Shown here piece after piece: positions 29,022-38,725 of a stretch of 64,000 bases of DNA (position 1 is the first letter of the stretch; each line of letters begins with the position of its first letter). This stretch comes from an uncultured Armatimonadetes bacterium (GTDB lineage: Bacteria; Armatimonadota; UBA5829; DTJY01): assembly GCA_963717145.1 (NCBI GenBank), contig OY970325.1, positions 1,792,001-1,856,000 on the forward strand, given 5' to 3'. Position numbers and translations under genes: made by a program. The notes under the pieces were generated by a model. That model was not told where the DNA came from. It did no database searches and saw only the letters and a list, made by a program, of their open reading frames with translations.

Positions 29022-29897
29022 TCAACTTCGGAGCGTCGGATCATCGATCTTCCAGCGGTTCTCGGTGTCCGGCCGGGTGATGATCCCGTAGGTCTCCGGA
29101 CGCCGCATGCCGAGGAAGCACTCCTTGAGCGTCGGATAGCGCTTCTTCAGGTCGCCGGTCGCCCAGTACTCATATCCCTCGTCGAGATCGACCTCTGCCA
29201 CCGCCACGCCCGGCTTGTGACTGGTCGATGCAAGCGTGCGCCCATAGGGATCGACGATGCGCGAGTGGCCCATCGAGCAGCCGGTGAGGAACGGCGCATC
29301 GACGTAATGACTCGTGACGACATAGACCTGGTTATCGATCGCGCGGGCGTTCACCAGCGACTCACACATGTCGCCGGTGTAGTCGCGCCACATGGTCGGA
29401 TGGGCGATCACATCCGCACCCTGGAGCGCGAGGATCGTCCACGGCTCGGGGTAGTGGACGTCCATGCAGATCATGACGCCCACTCGGCCGAAATCGAGGT
29501 CGAAGACGGGGTATTCATCGCCCGCCTCGACCTGGTCCGATTCGCCCGGCGCGAGATGAGTCTTGCGGTACTTGCCGACCAACTCGCCTTTACGGTCTAT
29601 GACAACTCCCACGTTGTAGAGGCGGTCTCCTTCGCGCTCCCTGAGGCCGACGACGAGGTTGACGCCATGCTTGCGCGCTTTCTCGGCGAACCTGGCCTGG
29701 ATCGGACCGCCGGGGACCGGTTCCCCGACCTTCGCACATTCCTCCGGTGTCCGGCCGTAGATGTCCATCTCCTCAGGCAGGACGATCAGGTCCGGTTTCG
29801 ACTGTGCCGCCTCATCAATCGCGGCGAGCCCCGCCTCGATCATCGAGCCCTTGTTGTTCAGCAGCGTGACGGTTGCCAATCTTGCCATTCGTTTCAT
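29022..29897 (-). CDS. Carbon-nitrogen hydrolase (nitrilase superfamily)
   Basis: LIVLPE, YRKTHL, ICMD: Glu-Lys-Cys triad. Confidence 0.93.
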   Translation of the reverse strand: MKRMARLATVTLLNNKGSMIEAGLAAIDEAAQSKPDLIVLPEEMDIYGRTPEECAKVGEPVPGGPIQARFAEKARKHGVNLVVGLREREGDRLYNVGVVIDRKGELVGKYRKTHLAPGESDQVEAGDEYPVFDLDFGRVGVMICMDVHYPEPWTILALQGADVIAHPTMWRDYTGDMCESLVNARAIDNQVYVVTSHYVDAPFLTGCSMGHSRIVDPYGRTLASTSHKPGVAVAEVDLDEGYEYWATGDLKKRYPTLKECFLGMRRPETYGIITRPDTENRWKIDDPTLRS

Positions 29898-29902
29898 GTT
29901 CT

Positions 29903-30892
29903 TTACCTCGAAAGATCAACCCAACGGTGTTCAATCTCCATTCCATCTTGTACCGGAAGAGTCAAGAGCCTTCCGTCGTCCGTCTCGAATGTGAGTTCCC
30001 GGCACTGGACACGGTCGGGCAGGCCTTCCAGACGGACGACCGTGCCTTCGAGACGGGCATGGCGGCGCATGTACCGATAGTCGACCACCTCGTCCGGATT
30101 GGCGTACCAGCAGCGATCGCCTCCCTCAGAGACGATCGCCTCCAGTCGCTCACGGTGGTGCGCCGCCGTGCAGTCTTTGTAGTCGTGGACCGCCTTCTCG
30201 AGCGGGCAGTGGCAGTAGTCGACGATCCATCCGCCCGCATCCTGCGCCTGACGGATGCGCTTGTGGGCATCGAATGCGCTGTCGAAGACGCCCCAGTACC
30301 GCTCGTGTATCGGGACGCGATTCACCCAGAGGAGGCTGTCCGAAGACCCCCCAGACCACCGATCTCAGGCGACTCCGTCGCCGGCGGCCGGCGACGGAGT
30401 CGCCTGAGATCGGTGGTCTGCGGGAGAGTCTCTGGAGGATAGTTGATGTCGTCTGTGATGCTCAGGCCGGCGAGATAGCCGTACTCTCGGAGCTTCTCCT
30501 GGACGTCGGGCGTCAGGTTGTCGTTCGTGCCCGGCGAGGTGTAGACCGTCACGGGCCGCCCGATCGCATCCTCGATTGTTTCCCTGGCCTGGCGGAGTTC
30601 GCGGTCCGGGTCGTCCATCACCACGCCGTGGCTCCACGAGTGGCAGCCGACTCCCCACCCCATCATCGATCAGTCCTCGCAGTTCGTCCGCGTTCATGTG
30701 CCGCATGCCGTTGAACGAACTCTCGCCGCAGTGACGGATCTCGCCGATCTGGCCCGCGACGACTTCCACGTGACCCGGGATACCGAGTTCCTGGTGCGTC
30801 GGGATGACGAAGCGCGCCAGGTCCGCCAGCGCCTCGTCGTATGTGATCGAGTAGACCCAATCCTTGCCGTGCTTCCAGGTTGTGATTTCCAT
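29903..30892 (-). CDS. Polysaccharide deacetylase-like protein, split by two single-base frameshifts (probably assembly errors)
   Basis: SITYDE / GWGVGCHSWSH / GWIVDYCH across three consecutive ORFs; shifts near 30665 and 30347. Confidence 0.7.
30352..30420. repeat. Perfect 34+1+34-bp palindrome inside the deacetylase gene
   Basis: CAGACCACCGATCTCAGGCGACTCCGTCGCCGGC-G-exact reverse complement. Confidence 0.93.
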
Positions 30893-30919
30893 GGTCTCTC
30901 CTTTATGGGAACCTGGCGT

Positions 30920-31026
30920 GTATGGCCGTAGGGGCGATCCTTCAACGGTCGCCCGCGAGACCGACGATCACGCGATGATCATCTATATGGTGGGCGACCG
31001 TTGAAGGATCGCCCCTACGGCCATAC
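30920..31026. repeat. Intergenic GTAG-type REP doublet
   Basis: GTATGGCCGTAGGGGCGATCCTTCAACGGTCGCCC ... GGGCGACCGTTGAAGGATCGCCCCTACGGCCATAC. Confidence 0.93.
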
Positions 31027-31031
31027 GGCGG

Positions 31032-32237
31032 TTACCTGTTCCTATCGGCGACGCGGCGGATGATCTCAGCCGCGATCTCGCAGTGCTCGGGCCGGTACTT
31101 CTCGCAGAAGGTCGACCAGCGGATGAAGCGTCTCCAGGAATGCGTGCGCCGTCGGGCATGTCTCGACCCGTAGTCGTACTCCCGCGAGGCAGGCGGCTTC
31201 GCGAACGGATAGACGCCTTCCGCGCGTTCTCCTGCAGGAACGTCAGCGACTCGGGCATCAGGTAGTACCTCGCCGTGCCCGCGCCGGGGATGCCCTCATC
31301 CGCCAACTGCCGGCCGAACTCATCCGCTGATGCACTTGAACACCGTCGGATCGATGCTCATGCCGAACATCCAGCACGAGTAGACGCCCACGTAGTCCGG
31401 TATCGGCAGCGGCGTGACGCCCGGTATCTCGCCGATCAGGTCGGTCAGCAGCCGCACCATCTTGTCGCGATGCGTCGACCTGCGGCCGGATGATCTCCAA
31501 CTGCGCGAGCGTGATCGCCGCCGTGCAGTGCGGCATGCGGTAGGCGTAGCCCCGCACGGTGTGGATGCGCCCGTAAGTCCGGCACCTGCACCCCGCCGCG
31601 ACTCTGGCCGATGAACCGCGCCCGCTCCGCCAGGTCGTCGTCGTTGGTGATGATGCATCCGCCGACGTCCGAGCCCATCGTCTTCTCGCAGTCGAAGGAG
31701 AAACCCGCCGGCGGTCGAGAGGTTGCCCGCGAGCCGACCCTTGTACTCGCCGAACACCGCCTGGCAGGCGTCCTCGTAGACGATCAGCCCGCGCTCTTGC
31801 GCCAGCTCGTTGATCGGGTCCATGTCGCAGATCAGGCCGGTCTTGTGCACGACGAGTATCGCGCGCGTGCGGTCGGTGATGCACGGCTCGATGGTCGCGG
31901 CGCTGATGTTGACCGTGCCCGGCTCGGTGTCGGCGAAGACCGGAATGTAGTTCTCCGAGAGGATACCCAGCAGCGTGCCGTAGTCGGTGATCGGGCTGAC
32001 GATGATCTCGTCGCCCGGCTCGAAGCCGAACGCCGCCGCGAGCACCGCCAGCGCGGGCGTGCAGCCGGGAGTGGCGATGCAGTGCTTGACGCCGTATGCC
32101 TCCGCGAAAGCCCTCTCGAAGCGGGTGATCATGTCGCAGGTCAGGCCGCTGTCGACGACCTCCTGCAGGTACTTCATGCAGTTCGGGCCCATCGTTCGCG
32201 GGAACGGGTTCGGCAGCAAGCCCTTCAGGTCCGCCAT
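31032..32237 (-). CDS. DegT/DnrJ/EryC1/StrS PLP-dependent aminotransferase, multiple frameshifts in 3' half
   Basis: FERAFAEAYG, PGDEIIV, YEDACQA, then MGSDVGGCIITNDD and later FIRWSTFCEKY in shifted frames; stop at 31032. Confidence 0.8.
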
Positions 32238-32301
32238 TCCCGCCGCGCCATATTTCGCTCGTTCGTACCCAGACCATCGTCTCCTCCGTTGCCGGTCTAT
32301 C

Positions 32302-34029
32302 CTACTTGGCCACCACGTTCACGGAACATGTCGTGGCCGGCATCCCCATTCCGAGAACAGACCCAACCGATGCGTTGTAATAGCCGTTGCCCGGCGTGAC
32401 ACCGTCGATGCGTTCGTAGGGGTGTGCTGCGTCGGCGGCGGTAATGTCGGCATAGGTGTTCGTCACCCATTCTGTAGCTTCCGTCGGGTGCTTGCGCCAG
32501 AGAGTCACTGCGATTCCAAGACTCTGGTAGTACCAGTAGCCACCGTCCTGATAGGCATTGTAGCCGAACATCAGGTTCTCCCAATGCGGGCTGGTCATAT
32601 CCGGCCAGACATGGCGACCGGGGCTCACATCATCGATCTTCCTGGCCATACGGACTGCACCCCTCAGCCCGGGAGTCATCTGGAACAGATCGGCGGCGCC
32701 GCCGGCCGCCTTGTCGGCGTTGTAGCGCTCAGCAAACCAATCTGAAGCGGCATCGGCCTGTGCGTCGGAGAGTATCCCCGACCAGACCGCATAACCAGTG
32801 ATATCCGGAGAAGCCATCGTCGGCGCGGAAGGTCCGACGCCCCATGGCAGATATCCGGCGGGATTGAACTGCGCCCGGATCGAATCACGCATGGCGTCGG
32901 CAGTCTTGCTCCACGTCTTTGCCGATGCGGAATCGGAGATGCGGTCGTACATGTCCGCCAGGGCGCGCGCCGCGTTGCAGGCCAGAACCGAGACTCCCAC
33001 ATCATCGCCGCCGAAAGCGTAGGAGTCGTGGAATCCCCACATCACGCTCGGCCCGGTGGTTTCTGTGATCCCCGCGGCGCCGATGTGGCCCGGCGTCGTC
33101 CATTGGGTGACAAGACCCGTCCCGGGATTGCGAGGCACGCTGTTCCAGGCATCCACGAACCGCTCCCGCTTCGTCTTGAACCACTCCTGCCAGGCGGAGT
33201 CCCAACCGGCCTTGTAGCCATAGTGCCAGGCCAGCGTGATGAAACACATTGCCTCATCCATCGAGGGACGGTTGAAATGACCAATAGCCTCGCCATAGAA
33301 CATGCCCGGCCCCCAGCAGTAGCGGCCATCGGGATACACGTGGTCCGGGATAGCGCCTTTGGGATATGTGTACGGGCCGACCTTCGTATTCTCCCTGAGC
33401 TGTTTGAGCGCCTGGAAATCCACCGCGCGCTTCACTTCGTCGGCGGTGACGATGTCGCGGCCCGATCCTTCCAGTTGATAGAGGAAGTCGCGGCAGAAGA
33501 CGCCGGCGACCCTGTAGGCCGGGCCGGGGGTATAAATGTAAGTTCCCGTCGGCATGTCCTTGTCGGTGACGAGTTCCCTGGAGTCCTTGATGATCGATTC
33601 CGCACGCGCCTGCATGGCGGTATACAGTGCCGACGCCACGGGAACGCACATGACAGTCTCGCCGTCACGGTAGGCGCGGTAGCGACCCCCGTGTGTCTTG
33701 AACGGGCTGGCAGACAGCGAGACTGCGTAGCGCAGTTCGAACGACTTCACCCCGCGTCCGGCGACCATCCGGACCGTCTTGCGCTCTTTCGGGGCGATGC
33801 GGACAACGCTGGGAGACAGTGTCGCGCTCGAGTTCGGCTCAAACACCAGCATCAGATACGACGCGCCGGCATTGACCACATCGAATCTGTGCGTGGGCGA
33901 TACCGCCGCGAAATCCTCGACCGTGTTGGTTCCCGTCCGGAGGAACAGCGGGCCGGATGTGTCCTCGGCGTTGCAGAGAGAAGCACACAGCAGACAGAGC
34001 GTCAGGACGAACAGTATGCGTCGCGTCAT
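32302..34029 (-). CDS. Secreted hypothetical protein, possible six-hairpin glycosidase
   Basis: Signal peptide; RDFLY, SMDE, YQDGGYW in a helical, Trp-rich domain; lies within the carbohydrate gene run. Confidence 0.55.
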   Translation of the reverse strand: MTRRILFVLTLCLLCASLCNAEDTSGPLFLRTGTNTVEDFAAVSPTHRFDVVNAGASYLMLVFEPNSSATLSPSVVRIAPKERKTVRMVAGRGVKSFELRYAVSLSASPFKTHGGRYRAYRDGETVMCVPVASALYTAMQARAESIIKDSRELVTDKDMPTGTYIYTPGPAYRVAGVFCRDFLYQLEGSGRDIVTADEVKRAVDFQALKQLRENTKVGPYTYPKGAIPDHVYPDGRYCWGPGMFYGEAIGHFNRPSMDEAMCFITLAWHYGYKAGWDSAWQEWFKTKRERFVDAWNSVPRNPGTGLVTQWTTPGHIGAAGITETTGPSVMWGFHDSYAFGGDDVGVSVLACNAARALADMYDRISDSASAKTWSKTADAMRDSIRAQFNPAGYLPWGVGPSAPTMASPDITGYAVWSGILSDAQADAASDWFAERYNADKAAGGAADLFQMTPGLRGAVRMARKIDDVSPGRHVWPDMTSPHWENLMFGYNAYQDGGYWYYQSLGIAVTLWRKHPTEATEWVTNTYADITAADAAHPYERIDGVTPGNGYYNASVGSVLGMGMPATTCSVNVVAK

Positions 34030-34054
34030 TCCGATCCCCTCCCTTGAACTCCCA

Positions 34055-35908
34055 CTACGTCAAGAATTGGTATATCGGCACGTGGAACACCTCCCCGACG
34101 AGCGCCCACATCGCCTGCGTCACGACATCGCCGAGGATGATTCCAACGAAGAGCGGCACACTCCTGCGATAGAGCCGGTTCCCGCCATATCTAAGCACCA
34201 GCGTCTTCGCCAGCCACGCGATGAAAAACGGAACGATGAATCCCTTCATCGTAAGCGTGTTCGCCAGGATGTAACCTATCGGGTTCAGCCCGAACAGCCC
34301 CCTACCGGCTGACATCAGCAGAGTGGTGAAGCCCGCGCCGAACAGCATCGCCCATATTCCCGGCCAGTCGGTCCCCTTCGCGCTCAACACCAGGCGGTCG
34401 ACCTTACCGAAAGCGATATTCGCTTTCAGGATCGGGTACGGATTCGCGTGAGCGGTGGCCGCGCCGACATCATACACCCTGGACAGCGTACTCCACCATC
34501 CGAGAGCGAGCGCCGTGCAGCTTCCGATGCCGACCCAGATCAGGACCGTGCGCCACGGAATCCCCGACTTCTCCGCGATGTCCATTCCCTCCATCAAGTA
34601 TGGGAGCGATTGGCCTCGAATGTCAACATGTACCAGGTCGAAGAAGCCGGTCGACGCCATCGCTCCGGTCGCCATGCCGCCGGTGCCGGAGACGGCCTGC
34701 ACCGCATCATGGGCCGACCACAGCGGGGAGAAGGTCCATTGACCCCCGGCCTCCGCGCGGACCCTCGCTCCGGTGAGCACATAGGCGGCGTACACCACGA
34801 TCACCGGTCCAGCCATGAATGCCGGAATGCCTGCGATATACATCATCACTCCGCAGAGCGTCGTACACGTCACTGCCCCGATTGACAGCCTGCGCGTCGC
34901 ATCCCGTTCGGTCGGTGACTTGGCAACGGTCGATCTGATGTGATGTCGGGCCTTCCATAGTATCAGTGCGGCGAATGCGATCCATGCGCCGGACGCCTGC
35001 TCTTCGTAGTAAGGGAACCGAGCCGCCTGAGTACCGGCAGGATCCATGCCGAACATCGCACTGACCACACAGAACAAGCGCACAAGTATCGCGAAGAACC
35101 AGCAACTGAAACTGATGTTGCTCGGCACGAAGTAAGCCAACCCGATGGCCATGGGGTAGAAACTGACCGACAAGTCACGGATCGCATTCCACGGCGGCGA
35201 GCTGAATATCATCGGCGCGGCATTGAACCCCTTCAACTGAAGCGCGGGGACCTGCGGCGCCCATTCGTGGATCGCCAGCAGGCTCTGCAGGATGAACGGG
35301 ATGGCGAACCCCATCCAGAATATCGGTCGCCCAAACAGGTCGTTGCCCTTGTCCATCATCTGCAGCGGGAGCATCGCCACCGGGAACGTCAGCCGTTCCT
35401 GATTGACCCAGACTCGGCGCAGCAGGCCCGCGAGACACAGCCATATCCCCGACAGGAGTAGCAGATAGGCGCTCCAGAACGCGATCGGCACGGTCCATGC
35501 GCGCCACGGAATGCCCGTTCCGCCGAGATACAGGTCGCGGATGGCGTCTGCATCCTGAAGGACGGGCAGATTCTTCACGAACGGCAGATACTTCAACCAC
35601 TGCGGCTGGGTCTGCGAGAAGTACTGCACATAGCCCATGCCCTCGACGATGAACCGCAGGCCGCCGAATCCGACGATGGGGATCGTCGCCGTGAGGACGA
35701 TATAGCCGATGAGCAGCTCCCGGTCGTCGAACGGAAGCCATCGTCTGAGCACCCGCACCGCGAGCAGATAGAGCACGGTCGGCATCATCAGCGAGTAGCA
35801 GATGAGATAGATGCCGCCGACGATCTCGCTGTCGGCAACCCAGTAGATCAGGATCGCCTGAGTGATCAGTATCAGCAGCGCCACTCGCAGTCGGATGCCT
35901 CCGATCAT
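34055..35908 (-). CDS. Multi-pass membrane protein (DUF6785/DUF6784-like, putative transporter)
   Basis: PWRAWTVP, ERLTFP, IGLAYF..ISFSCWF, RVRAEAG, NPIGY, AWLAKTLVLRYGG..YRRSVPLFVGIILG; many TM helices. Confidence 0.75.
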   Translation of the reverse strand: MIGGIRLRVALLILITQAILIYWVADSEIVGGIYLICYSLMMPTVLYLLAVRVLRRWLPFDDRELLIGYIVLTATIPIVGFGGLRFIVEGMGYVQYFSQTQPQWLKYLPFVKNLPVLQDADAIRDLYLGGTGIPWRAWTVPIAFWSAYLLLLSGIWLCLAGLLRRVWVNQERLTFPVAMLPLQMMDKGNDLFGRPIFWMGFAIPFILQSLLAIHEWAPQVPALQLKGFNAAPMIFSSPPWNAIRDLSVSFYPMAIGLAYFVPSNISFSCWFFAILVRLFCVVSAMFGMDPAGTQAARFPYYEEQASGAWIAFAALILWKARHHIRSTVAKSPTERDATRRLSIGAVTCTTLCGVMMYIAGIPAFMAGPVIVVYAAYVLTGARVRAEAGGQWTFSPLWSAHDAVQAVSGTGGMATGAMASTGFFDLVHVDIRGQSLPYLMEGMDIAEKSGIPWRTVLIWVGIGSCTALALGWWSTLSRVYDVGAATAHANPYPILKANIAFGKVDRLVLSAKGTDWPGIWAMLFGAGFTTLLMSAGRGLFGLNPIGYILANTLTMKGFIVPFFIAWLAKTLVLRYGGNRLYRRSVPLFVGIILGDVVTQAMWALVGEVFHVPIYQFLT

Positions 35909-38634
35909 CTTCTCTCCGCCAGTATCTTGACGCGCCCATCGTCCAACTGCACGACTATCTCTCCCCTGCCGTCGCCGTCGAGATCCGCGAGGAACGCCTC
36001 TTCCACGCCTGCGTCGAAGCTCACCATCCACATCACCCGGCCCTTACCATTCCTCTCGTCGAGCGCCAGAAGCTTGCCGTTGGGGAGGCCGACGAGGAAG
36101 TTCTCGCGTCCATCGCCGTCCACATCGCCGCTGGATATGTTGATCGGCGTGGACGCCTTGCATCGGAGGTCGAGCTTCCAACGAGTCCGGCATGTCTCGA
36201 CATCGGCGCAGTGGAAGATACCGTCCTTGTCCGCCATGCCGACGTCCCAGGCGTCGTTTCTGATCCGGGCGATCGATGAGCCGCACCATTCGAATATGTA
36301 CGTGCTCGAGAAGTCCTGCTTGGCGAGTCGAGCGCCGGTGTAGTCGAGCACCTCCAGGCAGTCGAGGCCGGGAGTGAGGACGATCCGCCCAGCGCCCCCC
36401 GGACCGAACGGCCCGATGATCGGGAGCGCGTACTTCGACCCGTCGCCCCTTCCGGGAACCGTGACGTTCCATCCCTGAGCGATCATCCGGCCCTTTCCCG
36501 CCGGATCGTAGATAATGTGCTTCCCGTGGTTGTCGACGAAGACCTCCTCCCTGCCGTCGCCATCGAGGTCGGCGGCCGCCGGAACTCTCGGATAGGGACC
36601 GTCCAACTTGTCCGACCACAGAAGCTCGCCCGATTCGTCGTAGGTCGCACAGCCGATATTGTGAACGCCGGGCCGCAGTCCGACGAACAGGCGCATCTGC
36701 TCGGTACCGAACGGCATCAGCTCGGCGGTGCTGCGGGTGGAGTAGGGCTTCTCGGTCGGGAGCGGAGTCATGATTTCGGCGGTCGGCCTGGGATCGAGTT
36801 CGCCGATGGAGGGCCTGTAGACCGCCACTCGGTTGTCTTCCTCCCCAAAAGTACACACGAGCCGCCTGCCATCCGGGCCGATCCATATCGACGGCGTCGA
36901 GCCCTCGACCGTCCATTGGCTCTTGAACTGCCCCGACTTGCCGAGATCCGGTTCTCCGCCGATCACTCGGCCATCAGAGAGCGACATGACGAGCTCGCGC
37001 CGCCCGTCCGCGACCGAAACGAGCGGCCACGTTGCCGACGGACCCGCGGGCTGCTCGATCGTGAGACTGATCGCCGCGATCTTGCCCTCCGTTTGGAGTA
37101 CCTCGCGGGCGGCCGGACCGATCTTGAACGGCTCGAACTGCGATTTGCCGTCGACGATGCGCCAGATGTACTCGTTCCCGCCGCGACTCACCAGCAAGCC
37201 GTTGACGTACAGCACGGCATCCCGGCGGGCATGGAACAGAGTATCGTCCGGTAGCCTGCCATCCATGAGGACGAAGGACGTGTTTCCCGGATGACCCTCA
37301 CCCCAACCCTCTCCCTCAGAGGGAGAGGGGGCACGCGACTCCCTCTCCCTCTGAGGGAGAGGGTTGGGGTGAGGGTCATCCGGGAAACCCCTGATCTCCA
37401 CGATGTCCCGAAGCGTTTTGCCATCGACCGCCTGTATTGCCGCATTGGGCGTCAAGAGGCGCTCCTTCTGCGCACTCGTAATGATCTCCGGCCGCGTGTC
37501 GCCGTTAAGGTCGTAGCAGCCCCAGAAGTAGCGGTCGGGCAGGTCCGCGAGCCTCGTGGAATCCATCGTGTTGAAGGCAATCGTGTGCCATCGGTTGTCC
37601 CCGTCGAGATTGAATGCCCCGAGCACCAACTCCTTCCGGCCATCGCCGTTCACGTCCGCGAGCGAGGTGATATTCGGACGAAGCTCCTTGTCACCCAGAG
37701 GCAGATCGCTCGCCACGAACTGCGACCAGGCGAGGCTGAAGCTCTTGCCGCCGTTGTTCTTCAGCACCGAGATGTAGTGCTCGACCTGGCAGGAGACCAT
37801 CACGGCATCCTTGAACCCGTCGCCGTCGACGTCCGTCGCCCGGAGGAGGCCATACGGGCGACCGATGTGATCGCCACCCGCGACCACGTACCCGAGATCG
37901 AACTTGACGTCGCCGGTCTCCACGTCGATCACACCCATGTAACCCGGTTTGCCCGCGAGGACGATGTCCTTCCGCCCATCGTTGTCCATGTCGGCGAACA
38001 CGAAGAACGGTCCATAGTTCTGCCAGTACCGGCCGGTGTAATCCTTCGACCAGAGCAGTCTGGGCCTGGAGGAGGAGAATTCATAGCAGCAGCCGATCAT
38101 TGAGTTCTGGGGAAAGATGACAAGGCGAGCGCTTTGTCCATGCTCGAGCACGGCGTACCCTCCGAGGTATGCGCCCGGTGGCACGTTCCACTTCCAGAAG
38201 ATCCGCCCGGAAGCGACTTCCATCAGTACGAGGGTGTCGGTACCGATCTGCACGAGCGCGCCGAACTGGGTTACGGCGGCGACCGACGAGACCCCGAGAG
38301 TCGGACGGCTCCAGACGTTCGTGCCGTCAGCCCTGATCAGTCGGACTCCGTGCCGGACCTGCGCGAAGTAGAGGCGCTTGCCCTGGATTGTGATCGGTTT
38401 GAGGTAGGCATGTCCGCCCGGCGGCGATCCATACGACCAGACCTCCTTCGGGGCGGCCTTCATCGCTGAGGCAACATCGGCTCTGGCGGTATTGCGGCAG
38501 TCCTTTCGAGGCAGGAGCCACGTACCAGCCGGATCGCCCGCGCATTGACAGGCGACCAGTAACATCAGGGCGAGCGCAGACGGCAACACACGGGCAGGTC
38601 GATGATCTCGCAGCACGGCGGTTCCACTCCACAA
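35905..38634 (-). CDS. FG-GAP/VCBS-repeat beta-propeller protein with in-frame palindromic insertion
   Basis: Repeated D(M/V/L)(D/N)(G/N)DG..(D/E) motifs; N-terminal hydrophobic signal. Exact start uncertain. Confidence 0.8.
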   Translation of the reverse strand: MWSGTAVLRDHRPARVLPSALALMLLVACQCAGDPAGTWLLPRKDCRNTARADVASAMKAAPKEVWSYGSPPGGHAYLKPITIQGKRLYFAQVRHGVRLIRADGTNVWSRPTLGVSSVAAVTQFGALVQIGTDTLVLMEVASGRIFWKWNVPPGAYLGGYAVLEHGQSARLVIFPQNSMIGCCYEFSSSRPRLLWSKDYTGRYWQNYGPFFVFADMDNDGRKDIVLAGKPGYMGVIDVETGDVKFDLGYVVAGGDHIGRPYGLLRATDVDGDGFKDAVMVSCQVEHYISVLKNNGGKSFSLAWSQFVASDLPLGDKELRPNITSLADVNGDGRKELVLGAFNLDGDNRWHTIAFNTMDSTRLADLPDRYFWGCYDLNGDTRPEIITSAQKERLLTPNAAIQAVDGKTLRDIVEIRGFPDDPHPNPLPQRERESRAPSPSEGEGWGEGHPGNTSFVLMDGRLPDDTLFHARRDAVLYVNGLLVSRGGNEYIWRIVDGKSQFEPFKIGPAAREVLQTEGKIAAISLTIEQPAGPSATWPLVSVADGRRELVMSLSDGRVIGGEPDLGKSGQFKSQWTVEGSTPSIWIGPDGRRLVCTFGEEDNRVAVYRPSIGELDPRPTAEIMTPLPTEKPYSTRSTAELMPFGTEQMRLFVGLRPGVHNIGCATYDESGELLWSDKLDGPYPRVPAAADLDGDGREEVFVDNHGKHIIYDPAGKGRMIAQGWNVTVPGRGDGSKYALPIIGPFGPGGAGRIVLTPGLDCLEVLDYTGARLAKQDFSSTYIFEWCGSSIARIRNDAWDVGMADKDGIFHCADVETCRTRWKLDLRCKASTPINISSGDVDGDGRENFLVGLPNGKLLALDERNGKGRVMWMVSFDAGVEEAFLADLDGDGRGEIVVQLDDGRVKILAERR
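37283..37387. repeat. CCCTCACCCCAACCCTCTCCC-type inverted repeat inside the FG-GAP gene
   Basis: TTTCCCGGATGACCCTCACCCCAACCCTCTCCCTCAGAGGGAGAGGG ... reverse complement. Confidence 0.93.
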
Positions 38635-38660
38635 ACCATGATCCGGTTACTCGATGCAAT

Positions 38661-38688
38661 GTTCGCCCACGGCCTCCGTTCCACCTGC
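38661..38688 (-). promoter_or_regulatory. SigH-like promoter motif GCAGGT-N18-GAAC
   Basis: Directly upstream of the FG-GAP gene start. Confidence 0.4.
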
Positions 38689-38725
38689 GGAAGACCCACG
38701 AATCGAGTGAACGCCGTCGAAGGGC

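Noticed and set aside
29903-32237. Programmed frameshifting or true pseudogenisation of the deacetylase and DegT genes
   Set aside because: Many scattered single-base indels without slippery motifs or evident nonsense substitutions, with similar lone indels near 10311, 39812 and 54327. This pattern fits long-read consensus error; it needs read-level confirmation.
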